A stretch of 64,000 nucleotides of DNA from an uncultured Chloroflexia bacterium (lineage in GTDB: Bacteria > Chloroflexota > Limnocylindria > Limnocylindrales > CSP1-4): assembly GCA_963813535.1 (NCBI GenBank), contig CAWEZH010000002.1, forward strand, positions 1,568,001-1,632,000. Reading direction: 5' to 3'. The position numbers were made by a program, and so were the translations under genes. Numbering within the stretch: the stretch's first letter is position 1; each line of letters opens with the position of its first letter. Positions 50,523-60,489 of the stretch are shown piece by piece. The notes under the pieces were generated by a model. That model saw only the letters and a program-made list of their open reading frames with translations. It was not told the DNA's origin and searched no databases.

Positions 50523-52130
50523 TCATTCCTCGTCGAATGGCGCGAGCGGGTCGAACGACTCCGTCCGTTCCGCCACGGCGTCGCCCCCGATGGCCCACGG
50601 CCTGCCCTCGCGCCCCCGGCCGGGCGACCGCGGCGGATCGCCGACCATCGCGCGCCAGCCGAGGTCGGACAGTCGCTCGAGCGTGGTCATCGCCGCGGTG
50701 AGCATCGCGCTGGCGTGGTCGGCGGATACCCCGTGCAGCGCCCGCCGGCTCGACACCCCGGCGACGTCGGCGGCAGTCCGGGCCGCGGCTCGAGCGTCGG
50801 CAGCCGCGGCGGCCTTATCGGGATGGCTGCTGCGCATCAGGAGGGCGGAAGAACCCGCTCGGGCCAGGGCTGCCGCGACCACGTACGGCCAGGCGGCCGC
50901 CGGTCGTGGGTGGCCGTCAGCGGACGGCTCGTCGAACCTGATCAGCTGGTCGGGGAAGAGTGCCCGCCGGATGTCGACCTCGGCGAGGATGCGCGCGACG
51001 GCCGATGGCTCGTCGGCCAGCCAGGCGGGGTACGCGCCGACGACGATCCGGTCGGTGGCGATCCGGTCGGCCTTGGCCAGCGAGACGCCGAGCAGCTGGA
51101 GGGCGAGCGCTCGCCCGGAGCGCGTCGCTGGATCCGACGGCACACCCGATGCCAGGTCCGGTGCGACCACCAACGGCCCCGGCCCGATCGAAACGAACGT
51201 GCCGGAACGTCGATGCAGCCGTCGTGCGAAGGCGTGGTCGGCGAGCGAGCGGTCCGGGTCCACGCCACCCACGACGATCTCGGCGATCGGATCGGCCTCG
51301 ACGAGGTCGACTCGCTCGAACGCAGCCACGACCGCGCCCTCGGGCACGCCCAGCGGCGGGATCGCCGTGCCAAGACGCACGTAGCCGCGGCGCTGGGCGG
51401 CAACGCCGTCGGTCGCGCGCCGGAGTCGGGCGAGGGCGCGCTGGCTGCCGGACGGCGCGGGGTCCTCTTCCGCCATCTCGTTGCTCCGGCGCGATCCGCT
51501 CCGATCGCCCGGTCGCCATTCGGGTGGCTCGACGCCGGCCGACTGCATCCGATCAGCCAGCTCACGACCGATCGGCACTTCGACCCGGAGCAGGTCGAAA
51601 CCGGCCGACGCGAGGGCGGCCGCCTCGTCGAGCGCCTCGTCGACCTCCGGCTCGGCAAGCGTGGTGCCGACCCACGGCCGCGGCGCCTCGCCGAGGAGGT
51701 CGAGGAGCTCGCGCCGGGCGGTCCGATCGGTGTCGATGCGGTCCACCGCGACGTCGACCAGCCGGCGGGCCTCGGCCACCGCGACCTTGCGGCGGTCGGG
51801 CTCCCGCAGGAGCTCGGCCTCGAGCGCAAGGTCGATGGCGCCGGACGACACATCGAGCGCGAGCTGCTGCGGTCCGACGTCGTACTCGGTCAGTGCCATG
51901 GCGAACGAGAGGGCGATGCCACCGCCCAGGCCGTCATGAGCGCTGACCAGCCAGCGATCGACGGCGGCGCCGGCGAGCGGTCGACCCGAGCGGTCGAGAC
52001 CGGTCACGCCGAAGAGCCGCAGCAGGGCGCGCTCCTGACCGAGGGTGGTCGAGGCGCGTGCCCGCGCGCCCCACGCGCCAGCCAGGGTCTCGGCGCGCTC
52101 GGCGAGCTTGTCGACCGAGCGGTCAGCCAC
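50523..52130 (-). CDS. Divergent lysine 5,6-aminomutase alpha-subunit homolog (probably non-catalytic)
   Basis: STTLGQERALLRLFGVTG...PL...VD; LRRATD.V....GYVRL...LGVPE.A...FERVD; DRSL.DH.FAR follow the KamD scaffold; GTG at 52130 overlaps the upstream stop. Confidence 0.7.
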   Translation of the reverse strand: MADRSVDKLAERAETLAGAWGARARASTTLGQERALLRLFGVTGLDRSGRPLAGAAVDRWLVSAHDGLGGGIALSFAMALTEYDVGPQQLALDVSSGAIDLALEAELLREPDRRKVAVAEARRLVDVAVDRIDTDRTARRELLDLLGEAPRPWVGTTLAEPEVDEALDEAAALASAGFDLLRVEVPIGRELADRMQSAGVEPPEWRPGDRSGSRRSNEMAEEDPAPSGSQRALARLRRATDGVAAQRRGYVRLGTAIPPLGVPEGAVVAAFERVDLVEADPIAEIVVGGVDPDRSLADHAFARRLHRRSGTFVSIGPGPLVVAPDLASGVPSDPATRSGRALALQLLGVSLAKADRIATDRIVVGAYPAWLADEPSAVARILAEVDIRRALFPDQLIRFDEPSADGHPRPAAAWPYVVAAALARAGSSALLMRSSHPDKAAAAADARAAARTAADVAGVSSRRALHGVSADHASAMLTAAMTTLERLSDLGWRAMVGDPPRSPGRGREGRPWAIGGDAVAERTESFDPLAPFDEE

Positions 52131-52966
52131 TGACCGACTCGACCAGGCGGACCAGCGCGAGGAAACCGCGGAACGCGACCTCGGGATCGTCGTGCGAGAA
52201 CCGGACCGTCCGGTCGCCGACCCGCTCGACCCCCGGCATGATCTCCGCGTGGTCGGCGATGACGCCCCGCGGCACATCGATCTCGATGACGACCGGCGGG
52301 CCGACGCGGAGCACCTCGAGCTCACCGGCCGCGGCGCGCCGGACGGCGCGTTCGGCTCCCTCGCGTACCCGATCGCGCGCGACGGTCGGATGGGCCGAGA
52401 TGGCGCTCCGCCCGCCGTCGACGGTCTTGACGACCACCCGCTCGGCCCACGGCAGCCACGGTTCGACTTCCTCGGCGAGCCCGTCATCCCCGGCGACCAT
52501 CCCGACCGGGATGCCCCATGCACCGAGGACCAGCGCGTTCACGCCGTACTCGCCGGTCGGGCGGCCATCCAACCGCGTTTCGACCGGCATCCCCGAGTAC
52601 GTGTGGGCGATCGTCCCGGACCGATGCCCGGCCCGCGTGTGGTAGCCGACGAACAGAGCGACGTCGAACGACGGCGTGCCGCCACGGATCCGGCCGGGCG
52701 CCCGCGACCATCGACCACGCCTTCTGGCCCTGCAGCACCCGTGCGCCCGGATGCAGGTCGGACGGCAGCAGGTTGTACATGTTCCAGTGGCTGTCGTTGA
52801 CCAGGATGTCGGTCGCCCCAGCGGCGAGTGCACCCTCGATCGCGGCGTTCGTCTCGCCGACCATGAGATCGACCGAGACTGGGTATCGACGATCGGACGG
52901 GTCGGTCGGGTCGGGGTGGTTGACCCCGGCGATGCCCTCCATGTCGACGCTGATGTAGACCCTCAA
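52123..52966 (-). CDS. M55-family D-aminopeptidase (DppA-like); frameshift at about 52690
   Basis: VYISVDMEGIAG, VNDSH, FVGYH, IAHTY, GE, AGDD. Confidence 0.9.
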
Positions 52967-53721
52967 GCTCGCTCCTCTCGGTCGGTCGAGGACGGCCCCG
53001 TGCGGGCGGGTTCGCCGATCCAGACGTGCCCATCCGCGAACCGCTCCGCCTTCCAGATCGGGGCGCGGGCCTTGGTCTCGTCGATCGCATAGCGTGCGGC
53101 ATCGAACGCCGCGTCGCGATGCGGGCTGACCGCCACGATCGCCACCGACACCTCGCCGAGCGGCACTTCCCCTGTCCGGTGGACGATGGCGATGCGGTCC
53201 ACGCCGAACCGGGCTGCCACCTCGTCGGCGATCGCCTCGAGGGTGCCGACGGCCATCCCCTCGTGGGCCTCGTATTCCAGGGCCTCGACCGATCGCCCCT
53301 CGTGGCGGGCAGCCTCGGTCTCCTGACCCGGCGCGGGCGTGCCCGGCGTCACCCGGGTTCGGCCGAGGAAGCCGACGACCGCGCCGTCGCCCGGCGTTGC
53401 CAGCCGATCGGCGAGCTCGGTCAGGATCGACGTGTCGAAGGGGTCGGCGCGCAGTTCGAGGATCCGGTCGCCGCCCGCTCCACCCGACACGGGCGGGATC
53501 ATCGCCACCTCGTCGCCATCGACGAGACGTGTCGTCTCGTCGGCGTATGCCCCATTCCGGGCGAAGCGGACCGAGGCGCGCCCCGGTTCGAGCGGCGGAT
53601 GGACGGCCACCAGCGCCGTCCACGCATCGGCGACCGTCGCGTCCTCACGAAGGTCGAGCGCGACTTCACGCGTGCCGGCCAGCTCACGCTGGATCGCGAA
53701 CAGGCGGACACGTACGCGCAC
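52963..53721 (-). CDS. moaX: Fused molybdopterin synthase MoaD-MoaE (MoaX-type)
   Basis: VRVRLFA...IPPVSGG followed by GAVVGFLG, LEYEA, HRTG, SPHR, APIWKAE. Confidence 0.9.
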   Translation of the reverse strand: MRVRVRLFAIQRELAGTREVALDLREDATVADAWTALVAVHPPLEPGRASVRFARNGAYADETTRLVDGDEVAMIPPVSGGAGGDRILELRADPFDTSILTELADRLATPGDGAVVGFLGRTRVTPGTPAPGQETEAARHEGRSVEALEYEAHEGMAVGTLEAIADEVAARFGVDRIAIVHRTGEVPLGEVSVAIVAVSPHRDAAFDAARYAIDETKARAPIWKAERFADGHVWIGEPARTGPSSTDREERA

Positions 53722-53736
53722 GATGCCGGCCGGCGC

Positions 53737-54405
53737 TCAGCCGTGCCACGTCGCGGCAAGCAGGCCGTCACCGACGGGCAGGATCGTCGAGATGAACCGC
53801 GAGTCGCCGAGGACGCGCCGACTGAACTCCCGTAGCGCCTCCGTATTCGGGTCACCCGACTCGACCGCCGTGGCGCCCGACACGCGGCCGCTCCACAGGA
53901 CGTTGTCGGCGAGGACGAGCGCGCCCGGCGCCAGGCGACCGTCCGTCAGCGCATCGAGATAGTCGCCGTACTCCGGCTTGAGTGCATCGATGAACGCCAG
54001 ATCGAACGGGCCGGCGAGGGCGGGATCGCCACTGGCGAACGCCTCGAGTGCCTTGGCCGAGAGCACCGTGATCCGCTCATCGGGGACGCCGGCCTGCCGC
54101 CACCAGCCCCTGGCGAGATCCGTTCGCTCGGTGTCCGGGTCGATCGTGACGATCGTGCCGTCGGCCGGCTGGCCGAGTGCCAGCCACAGGGTCGAGAAGC
54201 CGTACGCCGTCCCGACCTCGACGATCCGCCGCTTGCCGCCGGCCAGGACCGACAGGACCCGCCCAGCGTCGCGGTCGACGATCGGGATGCCGAGTGGCTG
54301 GGCGGCCGTCTCGATCGCCGCGAGCGCCGAGGGAAGGTCGGCGGCGATCGATTCGATCCAGTCGAGGTCCGTCTCGCCGGGGATCCAGCTCCGCTCGTCT
54401 TTCAT
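53737..54405 (-). CDS. O-methyltransferase (class I, TrmR/CCoAOMT-like)
   Basis: EVGTAYGFS, FDLAFIDA.K, LADNVLWSG, PVGDGL. Confidence 0.88.
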   Translation of the reverse strand: MKDERSWIPGETDLDWIESIAADLPSALAAIETAAQPLGIPIVDRDAGRVLSVLAGGKRRIVEVGTAYGFSTLWLALGQPADGTIVTIDPDTERTDLARGWWRQAGVPDERITVLSAKALEAFASGDPALAGPFDLAFIDALKPEYGDYLDALTDGRLAPGALVLADNVLWSGRVSGATAVESGDPNTEALREFSRRVLGDSRFISTILPVGDGLLAATWHG

Positions 54406-54423
54406 GGGTTCGCGCTCCTTCGG

Positions 54424-55263
54424 TCAGACCAGCAAGCCGGCGCCGAAGTACAGCCCGGCGGCGAGGATCGTGCCGGCGGCGATGGTGCCGACGTTGATGT
54501 AGAGGAGGCCGGTCGCCGACTCCATCGACCGGGTGCGGGCCGTCTGGACGGCCGCCCACGACACGATCAGCGGGAAGACGAGTCCGACGATGAGCCGCAA
54601 CCAGACGAACAGCGCCCACGGCCCGGTCAGGGCACTGAACGGTCCGCCCGACGCCGGCCCCGCGCCCAGGCCGACCCACGCCACGAACAGCACAACCTGG
54701 AGAGCCATGACGCCGAGCAGGATGCGGGACAGCAGGATGAGGGGCGCCTCAGGCAGCCGCGGCGTGACGAGGTACCAATGACCGAGGATCATCGCGGCGA
54801 ACACGCCACCGGTGGCCGCGAACAGGACCGACAGCTGCACGAGCAGCGCTGCGGCACCGACCGGTCCCCCGCCCCACCCGAGTGCCCCGAACACGGCGGT
54901 CGCGGCGCCCGCGACGAGCGCGACGACCTCCAGCCGGCCCGCCCAGACGGCAGACCAACGCCGCACGATCATGGCGAGGACCGCGACGCCGACGAACACG
55001 GCGAGCGACACGCGTCGCGGGATGTCGAACGACGGATCCGGCACCACCGGCGACGTGCCGAGCGAGCCCGGCAGCGCGCCGTCGCTCAGCCACGCCAGTA
55101 CGCCGAAACCGATGGCGCATGCGGCCACGAATCCGAGATAGCCGCGGGTCGCCGCCGTCCGCCGCCGGAGCAGCACCACCGCCGCGTAGGCACCCAGCGC
55201 GAGTCCGGCGAGGACGGTCCAGTTGATGTACGCCAGGTTCTGCGCGATCTGCGTCGCTGACAC
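54424..55263 (-). CDS. Polytopic membrane protein (about 8 TM; GHWYL and SATGLLY motifs)
   Basis: Hydrophobic profile; TACACT box 6 nt before GTG. Confidence 0.75.
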   Translation of the reverse strand: MSATQIAQNLAYINWTVLAGLALGAYAAVVLLRRRTAATRGYLGFVAACAIGFGVLAWLSDGALPGSLGTSPVVPDPSFDIPRRVSLAVFVGVAVLAMIVRRWSAVWAGRLEVVALVAGAATAVFGALGWGGGPVGAAALLVQLSVLFAATGGVFAAMILGHWYLVTPRLPEAPLILLSRILLGVMALQVVLFVAWVGLGAGPASGGPFSALTGPWALFVWLRLIVGLVFPLIVSWAAVQTARTRSMESATGLLYINVGTIAAGTILAAGLYFGAGLLV

Positions 55264-55320
55264 GTCGCGAGTGTAGCCGCGTCGCTAGCATCGACACCGA
55301 CGACCCGTTGGAGGTGCCCC

Positions 55321-56052
55321 ATGTCGCTCCCGAACGGCACGACGATCACCTGGTACGGCCACTCCTGCATCCGCGTCGACACCGCGGGCGGAAAGACCGT
55401 GATCATCGATCCGTGGTTCGCGAACCCGAGCAGCCCGATCGGCGTCGACGCGGTCGACCACTGCGATCTGCTGCTGGTGACCCATGGCCATTTCGACCAC
55501 TTCGGGGACGCACTGGCACTCGCGAGCCGGTTGCGGCCCGCCTGGCCGTGCATCCATGAGATGAGCCTGTGGCTCGCGCGCCGGCTACCCGGCGGAGCCG
55601 ACGCGGTCGTCGGTATGAACAAGGGCGGCACGGTCGAGGCGGCTGGGCTGCGCGTGACGATGGTCGGCGCGGACCATTCAGCCGGTGACTGGAACCCGGC
55701 CGGCGAGACCACCCTCTATCTCGGCGACCCTGCAGGCTTCGTGATCGAGCTCGAGGACGGATACCGGATCTACGCCGCCGGCGACACGCAGGTGTTCTCC
55801 GACATGCGGCTCCTCCGCGAGCTGTATCGACCGGATCTCGCGATGCTGCCCATCGGCGGGCATTTCACGATGGACCCGACCGCCGCCGCGCTCGCCGTGG
55901 AGTATCTGGCCGTCGATGAGGTCGTCCCGCTCCACTACGGGACATTCCCGGTCCTGGCCGGGACGCCGGCCCAGCTCCGCGACGCCCTCACCGCACGCGG
56001 GCTCGGGTCGGTCCGCGTCCACGAACCAAAGCCGGGCGGGACCGTCGGCTAG
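55321..56052 (+). CDS. Metallo-beta-lactamase-fold metal-dependent hydrolase (UPF0173)
   Basis: WYGHS, THGHFDH, AGDT, LPIG.HFTM, PLHYGTFP. Confidence 0.9.
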   Translation: MSLPNGTTITWYGHSCIRVDTAGGKTVIIDPWFANPSSPIGVDAVDHCDLLLVTHGHFDHFGDALALASRLRPAWPCIHEMSLWLARRLPGGADAVVGMNKGGTVEAAGLRVTMVGADHSAGDWNPAGETTLYLGDPAGFVIELEDGYRIYAAGDTQVFSDMRLLRELYRPDLAMLPIGGHFTMDPTAAALAVEYLAVDEVVPLHYGTFPVLAGTPAQLRDALTARGLGSVRVHEPKPGGTVG

Positions 56053-56059
56053 ACGGGGA

Positions 56060-57244
56060 TCAGCCGCCGACGGGGTGGAGCGAGACCGAGTCCCACCACG
56101 TCGTCGAGTCGGCACGGCCCATGTCGAGCTCCAAGACGGCATCTAAATCGGCGTAATTCGATACGAAGACCACGGAAACGATCGTCCAGTCGCTCGTGGC
56201 GAGCACCCTCCGGGTGACATACGCGGCGCCGGCCTTCGACGCGATCCGGACTCGGACCTCACGTGGTCCCGCCGCCCGCACAGCGAGGTTGAGGACGTAG
56301 GGCCGACCGGCGTCCAGCAGCAGGCCATCTTGCCTGAGCGAGATGCCCGAATAGGCAGGGCTGCCGGACGCGATATCGATCCGCGCGGCGGCCTTGCCCG
56401 CCCACGGCGTCGACGGATCCTGCGCCACGTTCGCGATCGCATCCCCGCCGAGGTACAGCCCCCACGGCTGACCGACGCCGTTCTCGAAACCGCCGTTGAC
56501 GATCAGCTCATTCGGGGATGGCGATGAGGCCGCTGGACTCGCCGGGGTCGAGGACGCGCCCCGAGTGGGACTCGGCGCGCTGGCTGAGGGCGTTGCGGAT
56601 GAGAGCGAAGGAGTCGCGCTAGGCGGGGCTGATGACGGCGGCGGCGCGCTTGGTGATGGCGGGATTGCAAGCATGTCCAGCTCAGCCTGGAGGGCGGGCA
56701 ACTGGGCGATCAATGCAACTAGCTCGGCGGCGCCGACCCGGTACTCTGGCTCGTTCCTGATCGAAGCGTCGAGTGTCTCGTTGGCGGAATCCAGGATCAA
56801 GCCGTACAACGTAGATAGTCGGCCTCCGGCCTGGTTCGGGCCAAACGCGCCCTTGAGTGCGGTCACGACATCCGCTGACGTCGATGCGAGACCGTTGATC
56901 TGGCGAATCCAATCGACGACCTCCTCGACCCGGAAGTTCACGCGCGCCCGTTCGGCCTCAAGGGCGTTTCCCGCTCCACCGAGCTGGTCGTTGAGTTTTG
57001 CGAGCAGGTCCACGACGGCCGGGTCGACGACTGGTGTCGGTGCCGGCGCACCGGACTCGCCAGATGCGATGACACCGCTCGGGGCCGGGCTCTCTCCGAC
57101 GGGAGTCCCAGCCGGCGGGGGCACCGCCCCGATCGCGGTCGACGCGAGGATCGCCACCACGACCACCGCGAACATCCCCCCGATGATCTCCGGTGACGGC
57201 GACCGCGGCGACCGCGGCTTGGAGGGCGGCTGGCTCGGCGTCAC
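56060..57244 (-). CDS. Exported protein with C-terminal CBM4/9-like carbohydrate-binding domain
   Basis: N-terminal TM helix, P/S-rich linkers, ELIVNGGFENG...W...WWDSVSL. Confidence 0.7.
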   Translation of the reverse strand: MTPSQPPSKPRSPRSPSPEIIGGMFAVVVVAILASTAIGAVPPPAGTPVGESPAPSGVIASGESGAPAPTPVVDPAVVDLLAKLNDQLGGAGNALEAERARVNFRVEEVVDWIRQINGLASTSADVVTALKGAFGPNQAGGRLSTLYGLILDSANETLDASIRNEPEYRVGAAELVALIAQLPALQAELDMLAIPPSPSAPPPSSAPPSATPSLSSATPSASAPSPTRGASSTPASPAASSPSPNELIVNGGFENGVGQPWGLYLGGDAIANVAQDPSTPWAGKAAARIDIASGSPAYSGISLRQDGLLLDAGRPYVLNLAVRAAGPREVRVRIASKAGAAYVTRRVLATSDWTIVSVVFVSNYADLDAVLELDMGRADSTTWWDSVSLHPVGG

Positions 57245-58071
57245 GTGGCCGTGCCGGCGACCGGCTTGCCCAGCGCGGACTCGAGGTCCGCGGCGCGCAT
57301 CCCACCGATGGTCCGGAACACGATCGCCAAGGTCGAGCGTCCCGCACGTCCGGAGATGATCAGCCGGTCGTCCATGGCGGTGACGTCGAAATCGCGCACC
57401 GGGCCCTCATGGCGCACGGTGAGCTGGCCGGCATCGACCGGCCCGAAGACACGGAGCTGGTCGCCATCGCGGGCGATCGCATAGCACGCGCCGACCTCCA
57501 TCCCGGCATTGCCGGACAGGTATACCCCGGTGGACAGCACGTCGCCGGGTGGCGGCTCGGAGACGGTCGCGGCGACGAAGTTGGACGGCGTGATCGTCGG
57601 ACGGATGCCCAGGGACATCGGCGAGACCATCGGTCGTTCAGGCCACGTCGAGCGCTGATCGCGACGCGAGGCTGTGCGCGCAATTCCGATCGGTGTCGGC
57701 ACGGCCACAGGCCGCGACGTTCCCGTGGTCGGCCGGGCGACCATCGTGGGACTCGAACCGCCGGGAGCGTCGGCGTCGTAGGTTTGCGCCGGGGGCATCG
57801 GCGGGTTCGCCCCGACCAAACGCGCGGGTAACAGGTCACCGCAGGTGTCGCACGCTGCGGGCCAACCCTGGATCCGGGTCTCACACGTCGGACACCTGCC
57901 GGGCGGCGCCACGGCGAGCACAGCGAGGGCGATCGGGCCTGTCAGTGCGCCGAGCACGAACCAGATGAAGGCGCTCCGGGCGCGCAACGTCGCATACCAA
58001 CCGGCCACCGGCGCGGTGATACCCGCGACCAGGATCAGGATGATCGGGATGCTGTCGACGGCCCCCTGCAC
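57241..58071 (-). CDS. Membrane protein with zinc ribbon
   Basis: Two TM helices (WFVLG...GPIAL), CPTC...CDTC. Confidence 0.65.
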   Translation of the reverse strand: MQGAVDSIPIILILVAGITAPVAGWYATLRARSAFIWFVLGALTGPIALAVLAVAPPGRCPTCETRIQGWPAACDTCGDLLPARLVGANPPMPPAQTYDADAPGGSSPTMVARPTTGTSRPVAVPTPIGIARTASRRDQRSTWPERPMVSPMSLGIRPTITPSNFVAATVSEPPPGDVLSTGVYLSGNAGMEVGACYAIARDGDQLRVFGPVDAGQLTVRHEGPVRDFDVTAMDDRLIISGRAGRSTLAIVFRTIGGMRAADLESALGKPVAGTAT

Positions 58072-58432
58072 AATTCCTCCACTGTCGAGCGACGGACGGC
58101 CATGCTACCGCGAAGCCGCGGGCGCCCCTGCCGTCGTTGTCGTGAGAGCTCGTTTCGGACCCGGCCGTTTGGTGCGGGGGTGCACCGGAAGTGCACCCGG
58201 GGGGCCGCTCCAAACAGGGCCCGTGCGATGTTCGATCCGTAATCGCAAGTGTAATTGAGAGGTGGGGGCCTTACGATAGGGCCCCCAGGGGCTGGTACTT
58301 TGGGGTCGGCCTCGGGGGAGGCATTGATCGGCCCGGTATCGGGCCACAGGGATCGACACCCTTCCTGGGGAGGACGGGACAGTCGCAGGAGCCGGAGCCA
58401 CGGTGGCGCCGGCACAAAGGGGGATAGAGGAA

Positions 58433-59824
58433 ATGCGTGTCACCGTAGTCGGCTTGGGCTACGTAGGGCTCGTCACAGGAGCCTGCCTGGCCGAGTGGGG
58501 CCACGACGTAGTCGGCGTAGACGCCGATCCGCGTCGGCTCGACACCCTGCGCGAAGGCCGGGTGCCCTTCCATGAGCCGCGGCTCCCGGAACTGGTGGCC
58601 GACGGGATCAGCAAGGGCACCCTGAGCTTCACCGACGATCTCAAGGGCTCGTCCGCCGCGGCCGACATGGTCATCGTGGCCGTGGGCACGCACGACGGGA
58701 ACGGCGGCTGGCAGACGGACACGGTCCGTGGCGCCCTGGCCGACATCGTCCCTGTCATGTCCGACAGCGCCACGCTGGTGATCCGCTCGACCTTGCCGCC
58801 CGACTTCATCAGGCAGCTCCCGTCGCTCGTGGCCAGCCGGCGGACGACCGCCGAGCGGTCGCTCATCCCGGTCATGCTCAACCCGGAGTTCACCCGGGAG
58901 GGGCGGGCAGTCCGCGACTACCAGCAGCCCGACCGCATCGTCCTCGGCGTCGTCAGCGACCCGGATGGGCATGGCGAGGCGGCACTCCGCGAGCTGTACC
59001 ACTCGGCCGCAGCGCCGATCGTCGTCATGGGCGCGATCGATGCTGCGATCACAAAGCTCGGAGCGAACCTCTTCCTAGCGACGAAGATCAGCTTCGCCAA
59101 CGAGCTTGCCGAGATCTGCGACGCCTTCGGCGCGGATGTCGCGACGGTCGTCGACGGCATGTCGTATGACAGCCGGATCGGTGGGTCGTTCCTGCGAGCC
59201 GGCGTCGGGTTCGGTGGCTCGTGCCTCCCGAACCAGGTCTCGATGACGATCCGGACTGCCGCGCAGGCCGGCGTCGACACCCCATTGCTGACCGCCGTCG
59301 ACGAGGTCAACCACCGTCGCCGCAGCCAGGTCGTCGAGCGGGCGGCAAGCCTGCTTGATGGCACGGTCCGCGGCCGCCGCGTGGCTCTCCTCGGCCTGAC
59401 GTTCAAGCCGGATACGGACGACCTGCGCGATGCGCCGGCGCTGACCATCGCCAGCGAGCTGCTGGAGCAGGGCGCGACGGTCATCGCGTACGACCCGATG
59501 CCCTCCGCCCGCGAGCGGTCGGCCGATCTCGTGCCTGGGCTCGAGGTCGTCAGCGCGGCCGCCGACGCGATGCGCGATGCCGACATCGCTGTCCTCGTGA
59601 CCGAGTGGCCGGAATTCGTCGACTTCGATTGGGCGATCGCCGCCGAGACCATGCGGCGACGGGTCCTGATCGACGGACGCAACGTCCTCAACGGCGAGGA
59701 GCTGGCGGCCCACGGCTTCACGTACACATCGTTCGGCCGCGGAACCGTGGTACCGGACGACGTCGCGGCGGGTACCGTGGCAGCTACCGGTTCGCTGACG
59801 TCCCTGCAGTGGGGTCGTGGATGA
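58433..59824 (+). CDS. ugd: UDP-glucose/GDP-mannose dehydrogenase
   Basis: VVGLGYVG, NPEF.REG, K...N.FLATKISFANE, GFGGSCLP, GLTFKPDTDD. Confidence 0.93.
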   Translation: MRVTVVGLGYVGLVTGACLAEWGHDVVGVDADPRRLDTLREGRVPFHEPRLPELVADGISKGTLSFTDDLKGSSAAADMVIVAVGTHDGNGGWQTDTVRGALADIVPVMSDSATLVIRSTLPPDFIRQLPSLVASRRTTAERSLIPVMLNPEFTREGRAVRDYQQPDRIVLGVVSDPDGHGEAALRELYHSAAAPIVVMGAIDAAITKLGANLFLATKISFANELAEICDAFGADVATVVDGMSYDSRIGGSFLRAGVGFGGSCLPNQVSMTIRTAAQAGVDTPLLTAVDEVNHRRRSQVVERAASLLDGTVRGRRVALLGLTFKPDTDDLRDAPALTIASELLEQGATVIAYDPMPSARERSADLVPGLEVVSAAADAMRDADIAVLVTEWPEFVDFDWAIAAETMRRRVLIDGRNVLNGEELAAHGFTYTSFGRGTVVPDDVAAGTVAATGSLTSLQWGRG

Positions 59825-60489
59825 CACCAGAACGACGCCACCACCTCGTCGTCGCCCTGATCGCGGCCCTCGCTGGGGCCGGGATCGGGCTCGAGATCGC
59901 GCGAGTCGGGATCATCATCTCCCCGAGCCTCGCGTGGTGGCTTGGCGTGCTTGGCATCCTCGCGTTGGTGCTCGTCCTGCTGACGGCACCAGCGGAGCCC
60001 GCCGCACCGGTCCCCACCCCGGCTCGCGCCGGCTGGGCCGAGTTCCGGCGTGAACTCCGACGCTCCCGACGGAGCACGCGCCCGATGACCTTGCTGCGGG
60101 CGCCTGGCCCGGTCGGCCTGGTCGCCAGCGTGGCGGATGATCCGGAGTCGCGCTCGCGCCGTCTGCACGAGCACCTTCGCCTCGTCGACCGGACATGGGT
60201 CGACGACGGCAGCGTCTACATGCTGCTGCCCGAGACGTCGCGCGCCGCGGCCGACACCCTCGTCACGCGGATCCTCACCGTCGCGCCGGAGCTGCTCCCC
60301 GCCGACGTTCGGCTGGCAACGTTCCCGGACGATGGCCTGACCAGCGGCGCCCTGATCTCGGCGGTGCATGGTGCCTCGCTCAGCGAGGTGCCGACGCCTA
60401 TCCGTGCGGCGGCGGTCGCCGAAGACGAGCCCGTCGTCGCCGAGGACGCTGACGAAACGAAGCCAGCCAGCGAGCGAGCGGCCCGATGA
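59821..60489 (+). CDS. Two-TM protein with degenerate GGDEF-like domain
   Basis: EFRRELRRSRR..RPMTLL, HLRLVD (RxxD), MLLPET, ATFPDDG; no GGDEF motif. Confidence 0.65.
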   Translation: MTPERRHHLVVALIAALAGAGIGLEIARVGIIISPSLAWWLGVLGILALVLVLLTAPAEPAAPVPTPARAGWAEFRRELRRSRRSTRPMTLLRAPGPVGLVASVADDPESRSRRLHEHLRLVDRTWVDDGSVYMLLPETSRAAADTLVTRILTVAPELLPADVRLATFPDDGLTSGALISAVHGASLSEVPTPIRAAAVAEDEPVVAEDADETKPASERAAR

